Under the pieces are notes generated by a model, which did not search any database, was not told the DNA's origin, and saw only the letters and a list, made by a program, of their open reading frames with translations. The position numbers were made by a program, and so were the translations under genes. A stretch of 63,380 bases of DNA, filler included, from Octopus bimaculoides (Eukaryota), in assembly GCF_001194135.2 (NCBI RefSeq). It is 6 parts of 6 records of this genome, joined end to end, with 100 filler letters (N's around TTAATTAATTAA, not from the genome) between each part and the next. Parts side by side here need not be neighbours in the genome. Positions count along the whole stretch, not along the records: positions 1 to 21,576 come from NC_068997.1; 5 more parts are not named here. The stretch is one strand, 5' to 3'. Of the stretch, positions 1 to 14,136 are shown in pieces; position 1 is the stretch's first letter; every line of letters starts with the position of its first letter.

Positions 1-379
1 TATATATATATATATATATATATCCTTAACACAACGTTGGATATATAAATAAATGAAGCGGAGGTTAATGTGTTCGCTCGACGACTCAGGCAACATCATT
101 GAACATTAAAAAAAAAAAAACTAACAAATTATCAGAGATTTTCTTTGACACTTTGCTTGGTGAAGTCACGTCAGTTTTTTTTGTTTCTGTTTTTTAAAAA
201 ATTCTTTCCGTTTGTTTCTGTTGAATGTTCATGTGTGTTCTTGTTTGTAAAGTCGAGCAATTACGGTAGAAGCTCTTCGTTGGTTCATTCCCTCATTTAT
301 GTTCGGAAAAGATATTGGAAACTCCAATTGTCTCGATTAGTATGTCCCAGCTTTTTTAATATTCGGGCCAGATCCAAAA

Positions 380-531
380 CCTGGAGTTTTTTAGGGAGCC
401 GCAACCTCCAAAAGTAAAACCCAAATCAATTAAAGAGAATTTATTATATCTATGGAGGGAAAAGCGTCAGGGCTGCCGAAAAATGCTTAAAGGCCGCATG
501 CAGCCACGGGAGCCGCGGTTGAGAAGCGCTG
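380..531. mobile_element. hAT-like DNA transposon terminal remnant
   Basis: ggccgcatgcagccacgggagccgcggttgagaagcgctg resembles hAT/Charlie subterminal GGCCGC motifs ending in CTG; the partner end was not found. Confidence 0.4.
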
Positions 532-1431
532 GTCCGGATGAAACGGTAGAGTATTCGGAATTGTGAAATTACGATTGGTTAACATTGGCAATGCAAAAAG
601 TTGTGTTTCTTTAAGCAATACTTTTTAAATCATTGGAAATGTAGTGAATGGCATTACTTAAAACAGAAAATTATCATTTAGGAAAACAAAGAGGAAATAG
701 AATTGAAAATATTTTGACTCCCCGCCTCGCCCCCTGTCTTTGTTAGATTCAAATTTTCAATTATTCGCATGAGTTAGTCAAAATGAAAGAACACGGTTTT
801 TAACGAAGAATATCTCTGCAGCCGTAACTGAAATAATTTTTCACGCCTCGTTGAATTCTGAAGAATTTTTGAGGAGAAGCGACTGACATATCGATAACGT
901 GATTTTCTGCAATACACACACGCTTCAACAACAACTCTACACTTACCTATCATGTTTTTATTTATGTGTGTACACACAATCACAACCATGCCAATACACA
1001 TGTACATAAAAATTAAGATATATGCATGATTTTGTGTATATGTATGCGTGCGTACGCATGTGTACATGTGTGTGTGTGTGTGTTTTAGTAGTTGTATAAG
1101 CATTAGCTTCACGCTGACAAAATATATTAAAACTGAGCAGAGCGGAGATTAATGTACATCATTTATATTTTCCATAAACACGAATACAAACGCGAAAAAG
1201 AGCATCACTGCGTCTAGCAGAGCTTTGTTGTTTGTGCAAAGCCGATGATTCAGTCCCTTATTATTCGGAATATGAACGATCATTCAAAGTTCTCAGGTCA
1301 CGAATGCTGAAAAACCACAATGGCGAATAGATACACTGGTAGGTATATAGACTTTATTAGTAAGCATATATACACTGTTAGGTGCAAGGGGGACTTCACC
1401 GTAACGGAGAAATATTTATAAAATATAGAGT

Positions 1432-1660
1432 GGCGAGCTGGCAGAATCGTTAGCACACCGGGCGAAATGCTAAGCGGTATTTCGTCTGCCGTTAAGTTCT
1501 GAGTTCAAATTCCGCCGAGGTCGACTTTGCCTTTCATCCTTTTGGGATCGATTAAATAAATACCAGTTACGCACTGGGGTCGATGTAATCGCTTTAATCC
1601 CGTTGTCTGTCCTTGTTTGTCCCTCTATGTTTAGCCCCCTGTGGACAATAAAGAAATAAA
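1432..1660 (+). mobile_element. tRNA-derived SINE family A, full length, with LINE-like tail
   Basis: Head ggcgagctggcagaatcgttagc, B-box-like gagttcaaattcc, core gtcgactttgcctttcatcc...gtcgattaaataaataccag; candidate TSD aaatatttataa at ~1410 and ~1658; many homologous copies in the window. Confidence 0.85.
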
Positions 1661-2529
1661 TATTTATAAGATATGAACATGAAAAAATATACTGTAGATG
1701 GTCGTGAAAAAGTGAAGCATATAAGTCTTTGTCGAAAATAGCAAGTAATAAAAAGAATTTAATAGAAGTCGCCCCCAAAATTTAAGAATTAATGATTATA
1801 GATTAAAAATAAATAAGTAAATACACACATTTACGCATACACAAATATGTACATTTACGCATAAGACACGCACACACACAGACACACGCGCACACACATA
1901 CAGTTTAGATCCATTATAGATAGGAACAACAAAAATGTAGTCCATCCAATGAGAAATAAATATCATTTAATATACACAATTACCAGTGCGCTACTGATAG
2001 TTTCACGCTTTAAAGTATATTAAAATGGCAGATTTATATAAAATGCCATGTAATTTTTCAGATTCAATTCATAACGCTAGATGTATTTAAAAACTAGGCC
2101 ACTGGTTTGTGAGAAAACATGAGAAAAAAACGAGACCCCACCCACCACAAAAAAAGAAGAAAAAACGTGAAGATGCAAAGAGTGGGATGAGGAAAACGAA
2201 AAGTAAGAAAAACAAGTCGTCCTCTTTCACATAGTTGGAATTTACAAAAAAAGAAAAAAAAAAAAAGAAACAAAAACAAAAAAAAACAAAGAAAAGACGA
2301 AGACAGGTGTGTAAACAACAAGCAGATGTATTAGTTTAATACACTCGGGAAGTGAGAAAGTCTTTTACGTTTCGAGCCTACGCTCTTCGACAGAAAGGAT
2401 CACAGAAATAAACAGGGAGGGGAAAAAAAAAAGGTTTAGTGGCTAGCAATCAGTCATGGCGAGTCATACATGTGTTTATGATGTTTGTGGTGTGATTTTG
2501 CGAATATTTTTCAACGGACACCTTCTTCA

Positions 2530-2676
2530 TGGAACTGTGATGTGGTAACAAGTTCACTTTCTAGCCACACGGCTCTGGGTTCAGACTCACTTTGTAGCAC
2601 CTTGGACAAGTGTCTTCTACTATAGCCTCGGGCCGTCCAACGCCTTGTGAGTGAATTTGGTAGATGGAAACTGATT
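2530..2676 (+). mobile_element. SINE family B 5' part
   Basis: tgtggtaacaag...ggttcagactcact...ggacaagtgtcttctactatagcctcgggccg...gtgagtgaatttggtagatggaaactga matches copies at 30.9, 55.6 and 60.8 kb. Confidence 0.8.
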
Positions 2677-2679
2677 GCA

Positions 2680-2990
2680 CCATTCGTTTCCATCCTGGCC
2701 CAAATTGTTTTACTAAATTGCCTTCCCATCGTGGCCCTTTTCTGATCTCTTGGATGCCACTCGGCATCTGCATGGGTTCACCTGTTGTCTGTGAATCATA
2801 CGACATGTCCGGCTCAGCAGAATTGCGCATTCAGTATTCTGCGATCACATTGCTCACTCTGCTTCGTTCTCGAATCACCTCATTTTTGATATACTCTTGC
2901 AATGATCTTCCTAGCATGGCTCTTTCCATGGTTCTTCGTGTCGCAGCCAATCGATGCTCTCCCCGTTTCTACAATAAAGCAACATTTTTT
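2680..2990 (-). mobile_element. RTE-clade LINE ORF2 C-terminal fragment (decayed)
   Basis: Minus translation includes RLAATRRTMERAMLGRSLQEYIKNEVIR...PRWEGNLVKQFGPGWKR, like the RTE motif 'TQRAMERAMLG.SL.DRIRNE.IR...P.RW.DDL'. Confidence 0.75.
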
Positions 2991-3269
2991 CCTCATTATT
3001 TGTTGGATACTTTCCATATCATTTGTTCACTGCAGTTGCAAACACATTGCTTACAAGTGTGTGTGTGTGTGTGTCTGCTCTTGTGTGTAGAAGAGTGTTT
3101 TTGTGTGTGTAGTGGGTATCTGTTGGTCTCTTTCTTTCTTTCTCTCGCTCATCCTCTCTCTGTCTTTGCGATTCTCACTTTCTCTCTATCCGACATCCAC
3201 GCATATACATACACAGTCAGACATACAGTCAAACACACACATAGACACACATACACACGCAAACATAGA

Positions 3270-3327
<58 letters not shown>

Positions 3328-3671
3328 CACCTGCATGCGCATAAAAAGTATAAGAATCAACAATGGGACTTCTTCATGGTAGTTAGACGTGCTAAGAAGA
3401 GTAGCTAAATCTCCCTTAAATCACAACCTNNNNNNNNNNNNNNNNNNNNNNNNNNNNNNNNNNNNNNNNNNNNNNNNNNNNNNNNNNNNNNNNNNNNNNN
3501 NNNNNNNNNNNNNNNNNNNNNNNNNNNNNNNNNNNNNNNNNNNNNNNNNNNNNNNNNNNNNNNNNNNNNNNNNNNNNNNNNNNNNNNNNNNNNNNNNNNN
3601 NNNNNNNNNNNNNNNNNNNNNNNNNNNNNNNNNNNNNNNNNNNNNNNNNNNNNNNNNNNNNNNNNNNNNNN

Positions 3672-3721
<50 letters not shown>

Positions 3722-4122
3722 ATATATATATATGCATGTATACATACATATGTGTATATGTGTGTATATATGTATATATATATATTTATATATGTACGTA
3801 TGTACGTATGTTTCTATGTCTGTACACATAACATGTTTATGCATAACACTGCCTATATCAGCCAATCTAAAACCAACCTAAGACAGACATATAATATAAT
3901 AATATATGACATAGATGTGTATCTTCAGTTTTTAAACTCTTGCTGTGAAAGTATGGACTAATGTAAATACATTTAGTTTTCTGTTTGTAAACATTAAAAG
4001 AAGAAAAAGTAATGACTGCATGAAATCTCTGTCTTAATGGCTGTTATAACGTGTGTATATATGCATGCATGAATGTATGTATGTATGTATGTAGGTATGT
4101 AGGCATATATGTGTGTATGTAC

Positions 4123-4179
<57 letters not shown>

Positions 4180-4440
4180 TCACACACACATATACGCATA
4201 CACACACATACACACATAGATGAATAGATACAGTACTGTTCCGTCATTGATGGGATCAACAGAAAAAGTACTCCATTTAGTGAGAGATGAATATCATTTA
4301 ATATGCAGAGGATTTAAATGTGAGCTACAATAAGTTTCATGTTTCTGATAGTACAAGAGTCGGACGAGCTTGAATAGCGTACCAAGTATTATCGGGCAAT
4401 CAGTCAGGCTTAAAATACTACATACACACGTATACGCATT

Positions 4441-4830
4441 TACAAGGTTTGTCCTGAAAGTAATGCTGAAAATGGATGTCACTTTTTTTTTTATTAACGG
4501 ACATATGTCGTTCAAATTTCACATGTTCTTGTTCTTCATTGTAGGCAAATAAAAGGTTCCAAGCGGAAGTAACGTGTCGTTATTGAATTATTGACGAAGG
4601 ACGGATGCAAACTGTCTGATATTCACAAAAGGCTTCAGAAGCCAAGCAATGGGAGACAACCAAGAGTGACCACTGCCACGAATCACCAGCGAGTGGACGA
4701 AGCGATTTGCGCAGACATACGATTCACAATCTGTGAGTCTAGTGCGCAACTGGACTCTCGTTATAATGCATTACAGAAGATGGTAGAAGACTTTGGGTAT
4801 CAGAAAGTGTGTACCTCAGCTGTTGACTCT
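4441..4830 (+). mobile_element. mariner transposon 5' fragment (TIR-like end plus HTH-coding region)
   Basis: Starts tacaaggtttgtcctgaaagtaat; translation VVIELLTKDGCKLSDIHKRLQK...GRQPRVTTATNHQRVDEAICADIRFTI...DFGYQKVC matches the mariner N-terminal HTH pattern. Confidence 0.7.
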
Positions 4831-5019
4831 CGATTTGAAGGAGATAAACAGAGGAAGTTTGTTCTCATAGCCAATGAAAACAAATGTTTTTTGTTGTTTT
4901 TTCTTCCGATCTGGAGAGAGGAATTGATTCGTGTTGATGACAATGATGATGATGATGGCGATGGTGGTGGTGGTGGTGGTGCTGCTGATGAATATGAAAA
5001 AGCAAGAAACCAACACGGT

Positions 5020-5067
<48 letters not shown>

Positions 5068-6699
5068 AACCAACGATTCAAGTCAACGCAGTAGACAGCC
5101 ATTATGTCCCCACACACACAAAAAAAAAAACGCTCCCACGTGGACTTNNNNNNNNNNNNNNNNNNNNNNNNNNNNNNNNNNNNNNNNNNNNNNNNNNNNN
5201 NNNNNNNNNNNNNNNNNNNNNNNNNNNNNNNNNNNNNNNNNNNNNNNNNNNNNNNNNNNNNNNNNNNNNNNNNNNNNNNNNNNNNNNNNNNNNNNNNNNN
5301 NNNNNNNNNNNNNNNNNNNNNNNNNNNNNNNNNNNNNNNNNNNNNNNNNNNNNNNNNNNNNNNNNNNNNNNNNNNNNNNNNNNNNNNNNNNNNNNNNNNN
5401 NNNNNNNNNNNNNNNNNNNNNNNNNNNNNNNNNNNNNNNNNNNNNNNNNNNNNNNNNNNNNNNNNNNNNNNNNNNNNNNNNNNNNNNNNNNNNNNNNNNN
5501 NNNNNNNNNNNNNNNNNNNNNNNNNNNNNNNNNNNNNNNNNNNNNNNNNNNNNNNNNNNNNNNNNNNNNNNNNNNNNNNNNNNNNNNNNNNNNNNNNNNN
5601 NNNNNNNNNNNNNNNNNNNNNNNNNNNNNNNNNNNNNNNNNNNNNNNNNNNNNNNNNNNNNNNNNNNNNNNNNNNNNNNNNNNNNNNNNNNNNNNNNNNN
5701 NNNNNNNNNNNNNNNNNNNNNNNNNNNNNNNNNNNNNNNNNNNNNNNNNNNNNNNNNNNNNNNNNNNNNNNNNNNNNNNNNNNNNNNNNNNNNNNNNNNN
5801 NNNNNNNNNNNNNNNNNNNNNNNNNNNNNNNNNNNNNNNNNNNNNNNNNNNNNNNNNNNNNNNNNNNNNNNNNNNNNNNNNNNNNNNNNNNNNNNNNNNN
5901 NNNNNNNNNNNNNNNNNNNNNNNNNNNNNNNNNNNNNNNNNNNNNNNNNNNNNNNNNNNNNNNNNNNNNNNNNNNNNNNNNNNNNNNNNNNNNNNNNNNN
6001 NNNNNNNNNNNNNNNNNNNNNNNNNNNNNNNNNNNNNNNNNNNNNNNNNNNNNNNNNNGAACGTAACAGTTGTGTATATGAATCCGTAAATACAAACTGA
6101 AGTTCATGATTTCTATGTGCAGGTTTGCATATCTATCTGTCTGCCCGTCTGTCTGTCTGTCCGTTGGTCCGTCTGTCTGTCTTTCTGTCTGTCTGTCTGT
6201 CTTTCTGTCCTACTAAACAATACTGGAATATGTAATAAGATTATATTTGTTTTTTTTTCCCCTCTGCTGAGAGGATAATCCGATTGAACAAAATATTCGA
6301 CCACAGTTGAATAAAGCGAAAGATATATGAAAGAAGAAAGAAAGAAGCTATAACACTGAAATAAGCAAAACACAGAAAGAACGAAACAAAATATGGAGTA
6401 TTGGGGAGAGAGAGAGAGAGGGGGAGGCGGGAAGGTATGCGAGAGGGGGAGAGAGAAGAGGGAGAAAGAATGAGCTTAAGAAAAAGAAAAGGAAGAAGGA
6501 AGTGAATGAAGATAGATGAACATGAGAAAAGAAAGAAAAAAGGGGAAGAATGAAGTTGAAGGAAGATTGGGGGAAGAAAAAGACAAAAGGTTAGGGAGAG
6601 AGTAATGATGACGATGATGGTGATGATGATGGTGATGGTGGTAGTGGTGGTGGTGGTGCTGAATATGAAAAAGCAAGAAACCAATACAATGAAGGTAGA

Positions 6700-6902
6700 A
6701 GGAGTTGAAAAGAAGGGAGAAGGGCTTAAAGGAAAGAGGTTTAGTGAAAAAAAGGGGTTTAGAGAAAAGAAAGGGATTGAGGGAAAAGTGGTTTGTAAGA
6801 AAAATTGGGGTTTTGAGAAAGAAAGAAAGGTATTTAAAGAAAGAAAAAGAAGGGTTTTGGAAAAAGAATGGGACCTTTGAGAAAAGTAAAAATAAGGAGA
6901 GC

Positions 6903-6992
<90 letters not shown>

Positions 6993-7046
6993 GATAGATA
7001 GATAGATAGNNNNNNNNNNNNNNNNNNNNNNNNNNNNNNNNNNNNN

Positions 7047-7137
<91 letters not shown>

Positions 7138-7620
7138 ATACTAGAGGATTTAGAAAAAGGTAAATGAAAGGGTTGTAGAAAGGAAATAATTTTAGAGAAA
7201 GAAAGATGTTTAGAAAGAGAAAGAAGAGGGACAGAAAGAAAGGAAAAAACGAAGCGTTTAGAGAAGGATAATGGGGGGGGGGGAGGAGATTTCGAGAAAG
7301 ATGATAGAGGAGTTTAGAGGAAGAAAATAAAGAGATTTAGAAAAGGAAATTGAGAAAAGAGAGAAAATAAAGAGATTTATATGAAGAAAAGAAATGAGGA
7401 ATTATAGGGGATAAATAAATTCTGAAAAGAAATAATTTCTTAATAAAATAAAAATTTCTTAATAAAAAAAAAAACAAACAAAAAATATTCTTATAAAAAA
7501 AAAACTTAATAGAATAAAGAAATAATGAGTGGAAGATAAAGTGAGAGTAAATTTTAAAAAATGGAGGGTTATTAATAATATTATTTTGATAAGAAGAAAG
7601 AAAGAGAAATCGTAAAGGAA
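6700..7620. repeat. Purine-rich degenerate minisatellite with (GA)n/(GATA)n tracts
   Basis: Recurring ggtttagagaaaagaaa-like units and GA/GATA microsatellites. Confidence 0.7.
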
Positions 7621-7659
7621 AAAAGAATAGAAAGAAATAAGGGAAGAATTGAAGTTTCA

Positions 7660-8520
7660 TTGTTTGATCAGCTTCTGCCAGAATTGACTTAACCTTTTTC
7701 CGTTGCAGGGTCAATAAGATAAGTACCAGATGTGTACTGATTCGGTTTCAATCGTTTCATACGTTGCCGCTAAAATATCTGGTTTTCATACACAGTTTAG
7801 GAACGATTACCATCGTTGCAATTGTTTCCCAAAAGGATTAACTTAGTCTTTCATCCTTTTGGAATCCATTCAAGGCAAATACATATGGCTCCCACCACTG
7901 AAATATCTGACCTGGTGGCTATTTTGGAAATCAATATTATTATTGTTGTTGCAGAAGTAATTGATTTGCAGGATCGTTTGTGGTATTTAGTTGACGGCTC
8001 TTTAAGATCTGAGTTCAAATTACACCAAGGTCAACTTTGCATTTTCCGAAGCCGATAAATTCAAGTACTTAGCCATGTACTGAATAAGTCTGAACTCGTA
8101 TAATTACATTCCTCATATAAATCTTCTGAAGTTACAGATTTTATATTTTACTTTCAAATTTCGATGATCTTTTCTCTTTTAAATGTTTGCTCAACGAAAC
8201 AATACACTTTCGCATAAAACAAGAAAAAACACGACACAAAAAGCGAAGCACCAAATGAAACCGTACAACCCAAAGACCCTCTAAATGAACATTGTACGGA
8301 GAAAGTAATTATATTCAACAGTTTACAAATGTTTTTCACGATAGCAGTAACATCGGCTCTTTACATGTTGAGTTTAAATCACGCCGAGGTAAATATTGCC
8401 TTTTATGCCTCCAGGGTTGATAAAATACGATACCAGTCATGTACTGGTGTAAATTGAATCAGCTACCCCCTACTTCCTCTAAATTGCTGGTCTTGGACTT
8501 AAATTAGAAACAATTATTTT
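7660..8520 (+). mobile_element. Three diverged SINE family A fragments
   Basis: Core motif variants at ~7680-7745, ~7975-8090 and ~8345-8520. Confidence 0.6.
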
Positions 8521-9299
8521 CAGTTTTTGCTGTTTTTGGTTGTGTTGGTAATTTGCAAAAGATAGAAAGAAGGAAAAATGGAACGAAGGACACAGTTTTT
8601 TGTTATCAAGATTGAAAAGGATGTTAAATCTTAAGTTCCTTTTCATATTCAACATAAAATCAATTAGAAGTTTGCTCTTAATTACATTCTAACAAACTTG
8701 ATTGAGCAAGCGAGATATTTTCAGAGCAGCGAACAATACAAAATCTATCTTTTATTATCGTTAATACTGGTCTCGCGAAGTAGAGCACATTGTCAGTTTA
8801 GGATCTTCTAGACTGGAGGGTGGTGGGTGAATTTATTATCATTATTTTTTGAATTTATTGCCGTTATTGTCAGCGCTTTCGAGCAAGATGCATGCTTTCA
8901 GTAAATAGAGTGTGATGTGGTTTCAAGTCCTGCTATGTTGCTAATTTCTCACTCCCCTCTATGCCTTCTTTGAATTTCAGGATCATTGTGCTAAGCATTT
9001 CGTTTCCTTTGCAAATACAAGTCATAAGAACTTGAAAAAAAAAAACAACCAAATAAGGAGGAAGAAAAGAAATGATGTCAGTTGTAAGACAAATTTGCCA
9101 TGGGCAGCATTAAAATTGAAGAGTGTAGAAAATCGGAATGAATACTGGAAGGCATTCCAAAATCTAACGCTCCAAGGATTCTGTCAATTCGTTCACTTGA
9201 ATATAATTGAATTAGATAGGAGAAAAATTTCCAATAATTTCTTCATTTCATAAGCACAAAGTTCTTTATGACTGTGGGAGGTGATGTGATCGAATTAAT

Positions 9300-9420
9300 T
9301 CAACTTCAGTGTATCACGCCTTTTAAGCAATTCTCAAGGATTGAGAAGCAAAGTCGACGACCGACAGGATTGTGGCCGTGGAACGATCAGCTATAAAGAA
9401 TTCAAACATTACCAGCTGAC
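9300..9420 (-). mobile_element. Diverged SINE family A fragment
   Basis: aagcaaagtcgac is the reverse complement of the family core. Confidence 0.45.
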
Positions 9421-9779
9421 CAGTGATGCTAACTAAAAGGTCCAGGTATATCTGCCAAGAATACCAGAGTCGTGAGGATGTAGTAAGCATAACATCTAAA
9501 TATAACGAAGTTAATTTAATTACTTTTGTTTTGATTGCTTATCTATAAGCTAGGGGATAGGAATAATTAATACAACACCTAGAAAGATAGATTTAGGGAA
9601 CTTATCGCAATACAGTTGGTGCTTGCATGGTTTCGAGATCGATCCCACTTCATAGCATTTTGAGCCAAAGTCTTCTTTCACAGACTTCTCGAATCAATTC
9701 GGGACTCATGAGAGAAATTGGTAGGATTGAAACTAAGTGAAAGAACGTAAGGAGTGTATCAGATCATAGGTGGTAGATT

Positions 9780-10500
9780 AAAAACATCACCCTGTTTAAC
9801 ACCATCGTTCTGACTCTTGGGTATTTTTAGCATTGTCCACTCTGTTGCAAGCATTCTGATCAGATTTCCGACCTAAGGCTAACTTGATGTTTTATTGCAA
9901 CACCCCTGGGTAGTGGTTTCATCCATTTTTTTCCCCAGGGAGATCTTGAAAAGAGTCAAAGATGCTGATCTTCCTTCTCTGAATAAACTACAAAAAAAAA
10001 AAAAAATCTAGCATGGCGGAAGCAATCTCAATTATTTGTGTTTAAACAACACAAATACAAAACACAAATACAATTGAAAACCGATCTTGCGTTTTTCTCT
10101 TGTTCTTTGCGACTGGTGTCTTGGTGGATCTTGGTGAATTTATACCATTTTCATATCATTTATATAAAAGGGAAAGTCATGAACCACGCAAATTCCTATT
10201 TGAAATGATGACAAACACGACTTAAAGCTCTGAAGATGAGTCCCTGGTACTTGAAAAGTGCGAAATACAAAAGTGACATGAAACGTTTAAATATTTTGAG
10301 TTACAAGAAGAAACTAAATTATTACGGGAACTAAACAAAACATCCTTCGCAGGCCACCCGTTCTCTTAGAAATAGCTACTAAATCTCTCAAAGAAGGACG
10401 AAACAGTGGCCAACGTATAAAAGATGAGGGGATGGTCGCTGCTGGATCATTTTCATCATAGATCTTCTCAATAAGGAATGACCTATGGCTAAACAACAGC
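9780..10500. mobile_element. Dispersed repeat family D fragments (also ~3400-3429, 33800-33965, 34735-34860, 38240-38500, 54400-54615)
   Basis: Shared motifs agaaatagc.actaaatctc.ctcaaatcac and ccctgatcga/ctgatcaga recur at these sites. Confidence 0.5.
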
Positions 10501-12778
10501 AACAAATAAATTACACGAGAATCGGAAATTTCGACAGTGTTTGCTTAGAGAGTGATCGAAAGTTCCAGATTCATAGGAGGATGGAAATAAGGGATTGTTG
10601 CATCCATATCTTAGTCTCGTAAGGGTTTAAACAAAACAACTACAAATCAAGTTATATAGAGAGTCAGGTACTGTGGCGCGATCTCACTATTGTCAAGATC
10701 AGAGTTTGTAAAACTGAAAAATAACAGCGCATTTATCGCGGCATCTTCCGACACATCTTCCGCTACTATTAACGCTTTTGTTATAACATTCATCAGCAAT
10801 TTACCACTAACACCCTCTGCCCCGCTACTACCACCATCACTATCCTCCTCATCCTTCTCTTGTACTCCATCATCATCATCATCTCTACAGCCATCCATTA
10901 TCACATTACATCATAATCTTCACTATGTCCCTCACTATCATTTTAACTGCCAAAAAAATTATCACCCCATCCTACCATTCTCACCGCCGCCGCCATCGTC
11001 ATTATNNNNNNNNNNNNNNNNNNNNNNNNNNNNNNNNNNNNNNNNNNNNNNNNNNNNNNNNNNNNNNNNNNNNNNNNNNNNNNNNNNNNNNNNNNNNNNN
11101 NNNNNNNNNNNNNNNNNNNNNNNNNNNNNNNNNNNNNNNNNNNNNNNNNNNNNNNNNNNNNNNNNNNNNNNNNNNNNNNNNNNNNNNNNNNNNNNNNNNN
11201 NNNNNNNNNNNNNNNNNNNNNNNNNNNNNNNNNNNNNNNNNNNNNNNNNNNNNNNNNNNNNNNNNNNNNNNNNNNNNNNNNNNNNNNNNNNNNNNNNNNN
11301 NNNNNNNNNNNNNNNNNNNNNNNNNNNNNNNNNNNNNNNNNNNNNNNNNNNNNNNNNNNNNNNNNNNNNNNNNNNNNNNNNNNNNNNNNNNNNNNNNNNN
11401 NNNNNNNNNNNNNNNNNNNNNNNNNNNNNNNNNNNNNNNNNNNNNNNNNNNNNNNNNNNNNNNNNNNNNNNNNNNNNNNNNNNNNNNNNNNNNNNNNNNN
11501 NNNNNNNNNNNNNNNNNNNNNNNNNNNNNNNNNNNNNNNNNNNNNNNNNNNNNNNNNNNNNNNNNNNNNNNNNNNNNNNNNNNNNNNNNNNNNNNNNNNN
11601 NNNNNNNNNNNNNNNNNNNNNNNNNNNNNNNNNNNNNNNNNNNNNNNNNNNNNNNNNNNNNNNNNNNNNNNNNNNNNNNNNNNNNNNNNNNNNNNNNNNN
11701 NNNNNNNNNNNNNNNNNNNNNNNNNNNNNNNNNNNNNNNNNNNNNNNNNNNNNNNNNNNNNNNNNNNNNNNNNNNNNNNNNNNNNNNNNNNNNNNNNNNN
11801 NNNNNNNNNNNNNNNNNNNNNNNNNNNNNNNNNNNNNNNNNNNNNNNNNNNNNNNNNNNNNNNNNNNNNNNNNNNNNNNNNNNNNNNNNNNNNNNNNNNN
11901 NNNNNNNNNNNNNNNNNNNNNNNNNNNNNNNNNNNNNNNNNNNNNNNNNNNNNNNNNNNNNNNATATATATATATGCAAATACATACATACACACACATA
12001 CAGATTTATACATCGATATATGTACATATTTACATATGCAAATGTATATGTGTATCTTGTTCTCTCCTGGCCACCTATGCGAATGTGTATATAGGAATGT
12101 ATGCACAGATGCGTGTGTGTACCTACATACATACATGTATAAATACATACACACACGCACACACATTGTGCATGTACTTTTCTATTTCAAAAATCTCCAA
12201 CGGAACTCTTTTGTATTCTGGAAACAATAATATTCTTCTCGTTTTTGCTGGAGCATTTTTGATATTATTTGTTATTCTCACAGGATATAAAATATAAAAT
12301 ATAAAACTAAAACAAAATCAAAGATATTGCAAGATATTACAACTGCTTGCTTTGCCGCCATTTTAGAACAGTTATGTGAAACCTTTAAAACATTAACCAA
12401 ACCATCGCCATTATTTTCTTTTACTGTATTATGTTTTTCTTCTTTATTTCTGTTCTTTTATTTTGTTGGTTTGTTTGTATATTTCTTTAATTTTCTTTCA
12501 TTTTCATCTCCTTCTTTGTTTCCATTCCCTCTCTTTCATTCGGACTCTCTTTCATTATTGACTCTCATTCAATCAGTCGTCTCATTCCTTCCTCCGTTCA
12601 GGTAATTTTTTCCAATGAGTTCAACTCATTCATTGAACTTATTCATTCAACCATGAAGTTTCATTCATTCATATATTTATTCTTCCTTACATTTTGTGAT
12701 CTATTCATTTAACTCATTCATTCATTCAGTCACTCATTCATTCATTCAACAATTCTAGTAATTCCTTCACCATTACTT

Positions 12779-12889
12779 TCTTCTTCTTCTTCTTCTTCTT
12801 CTTCTTCTTCTTCTTCTTCTTCTTCTTCTTCTTCTTCTTCTTCTTCTTCTTCTTCTTCTTCTTCTTCTTCTTCTTCTTCTTCTTCTTCC
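12779..12889. repeat. (TTC)n microsatellite
   Basis: Perfect trinucleotide run; source of the poly-K/poly-E ORFs. Confidence 0.95.
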
Positions 12890-13256
12890 TTACTTCCTTC
12901 GTTCCTTCGTTCCTTCGTTCCTTCGTTCCTTTCTTCGGTTCCGGTTTTCCTCTTTTCTTCATTGCTTATAATATTTAAATTAAAACAAACAAACTCGTCT
13001 CTCTTTTTCATTTTCCTTTTCATTCTTTGTTTCCGTTTCTTTCGTTCTTTGCTTTCATGTTTCTTTTTCTTCCTTATTTCTTGGTTTTTAACTTCCTTTA
13101 ATCGTCCTCTTAAACTGGTTACCCCTTTTCTCGTCCTCTCTCTCTCTCTCTCTCTCTTCGTCTATATACCTCCATTTCTTTCTTCTCTTTCTCATACAAT
13201 TTCATTGTCATTTCTATCCACCCCACCAAATAAAAACAAATTCCCCAAAAGCAATG

Positions 13257-13320
<64 letters not shown>

Positions 13321-14081
13321 TATATCTCCAATAGATTCATAATGGCAGTCGTTTGAAAATATCAAAAGTAAAACAGCAATAGTGTTCCTGGTATTTTGGC
13401 TGTTTTCTTTTTTGTTTCTTTTTCGTGTTCTTTCTGTTGCTATTTGTTTGATGAGCCGCTTTAAAACGTCCGGATTAAAAGAGATAAAATTACATTTATA
13501 ATGCTAGCTATATTACAGACACACTCTCCGACGACGCACATCCCTCGCCGAAGCATCGAGANNNNNNNNNNNNNNNNNNNNNNNNNNNNNNNNNNNNNNN
13601 NNNNNNNNNNNNNNNNNNNNNNNNNNNNNNNNNNNNNNNNNNNNNNNNNNNNNNNNNNNNNNNNNNNNNNNNNNNNNNNNNNNNNNNNNNNNNNNNNNNN
13701 NNNNNNNNNNNNNNNNNNNNNNNNNNNNNNNNNNNNNNNNNNNNNNNNNNNNNNNNNNNNNNNNNNNNNNNNNNNNNNNNNNNNNNNNNNNNNNNNNNNN
13801 NNNNNNNNNNNNNNNNNNNNNNNNNNNNNNNNNNNNNNNNNNNNNNNNNNNNNNNNNNNNNNNNNNNNNNNNNNNNNNNNNNNNNNNNNNNNNNNNNNNN
13901 NNNNNNNNNNNNNNNNNNNNNNNNNNNNNNNNNNNNNNNNNNNNNNNNNNNNNNNNNNNNNNNNNNNNNNNNNNNNNNNNNNNNNNNNNNNNNNNNNNNN
14001 NNNNNNNNNNNNNNNNNNNNNNNNNNNNNNNNNNNNNNNNNNNNNNNNNNNNNNNNNNNNNNNNNNNNNNNNNNNNNNNNN

Positions 14082-14136
<55 letters not shown>

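Noticed and set aside
1382-1402. gcaaggg(gg)acttcacc motif shared with 34342-34358 and partly ~27275
   Set aside because: Only a ~15-bp match with no extended homology
8980-9253. Acceptor-like tttcag followed by a 91-codon frame
   Set aside because: The peptide (LPWAALK..ENRNEYWK) looks more like a decayed RTE LINE C-terminus than a host exon
10647-10904. Minus ORF ...DVSEDAAINALLFFSFTNSDLDNSEIAPQYL with a tttttcag acceptor
   Set aside because: No convincing donor or homology; it grades into a trinucleotide low-complexity tract
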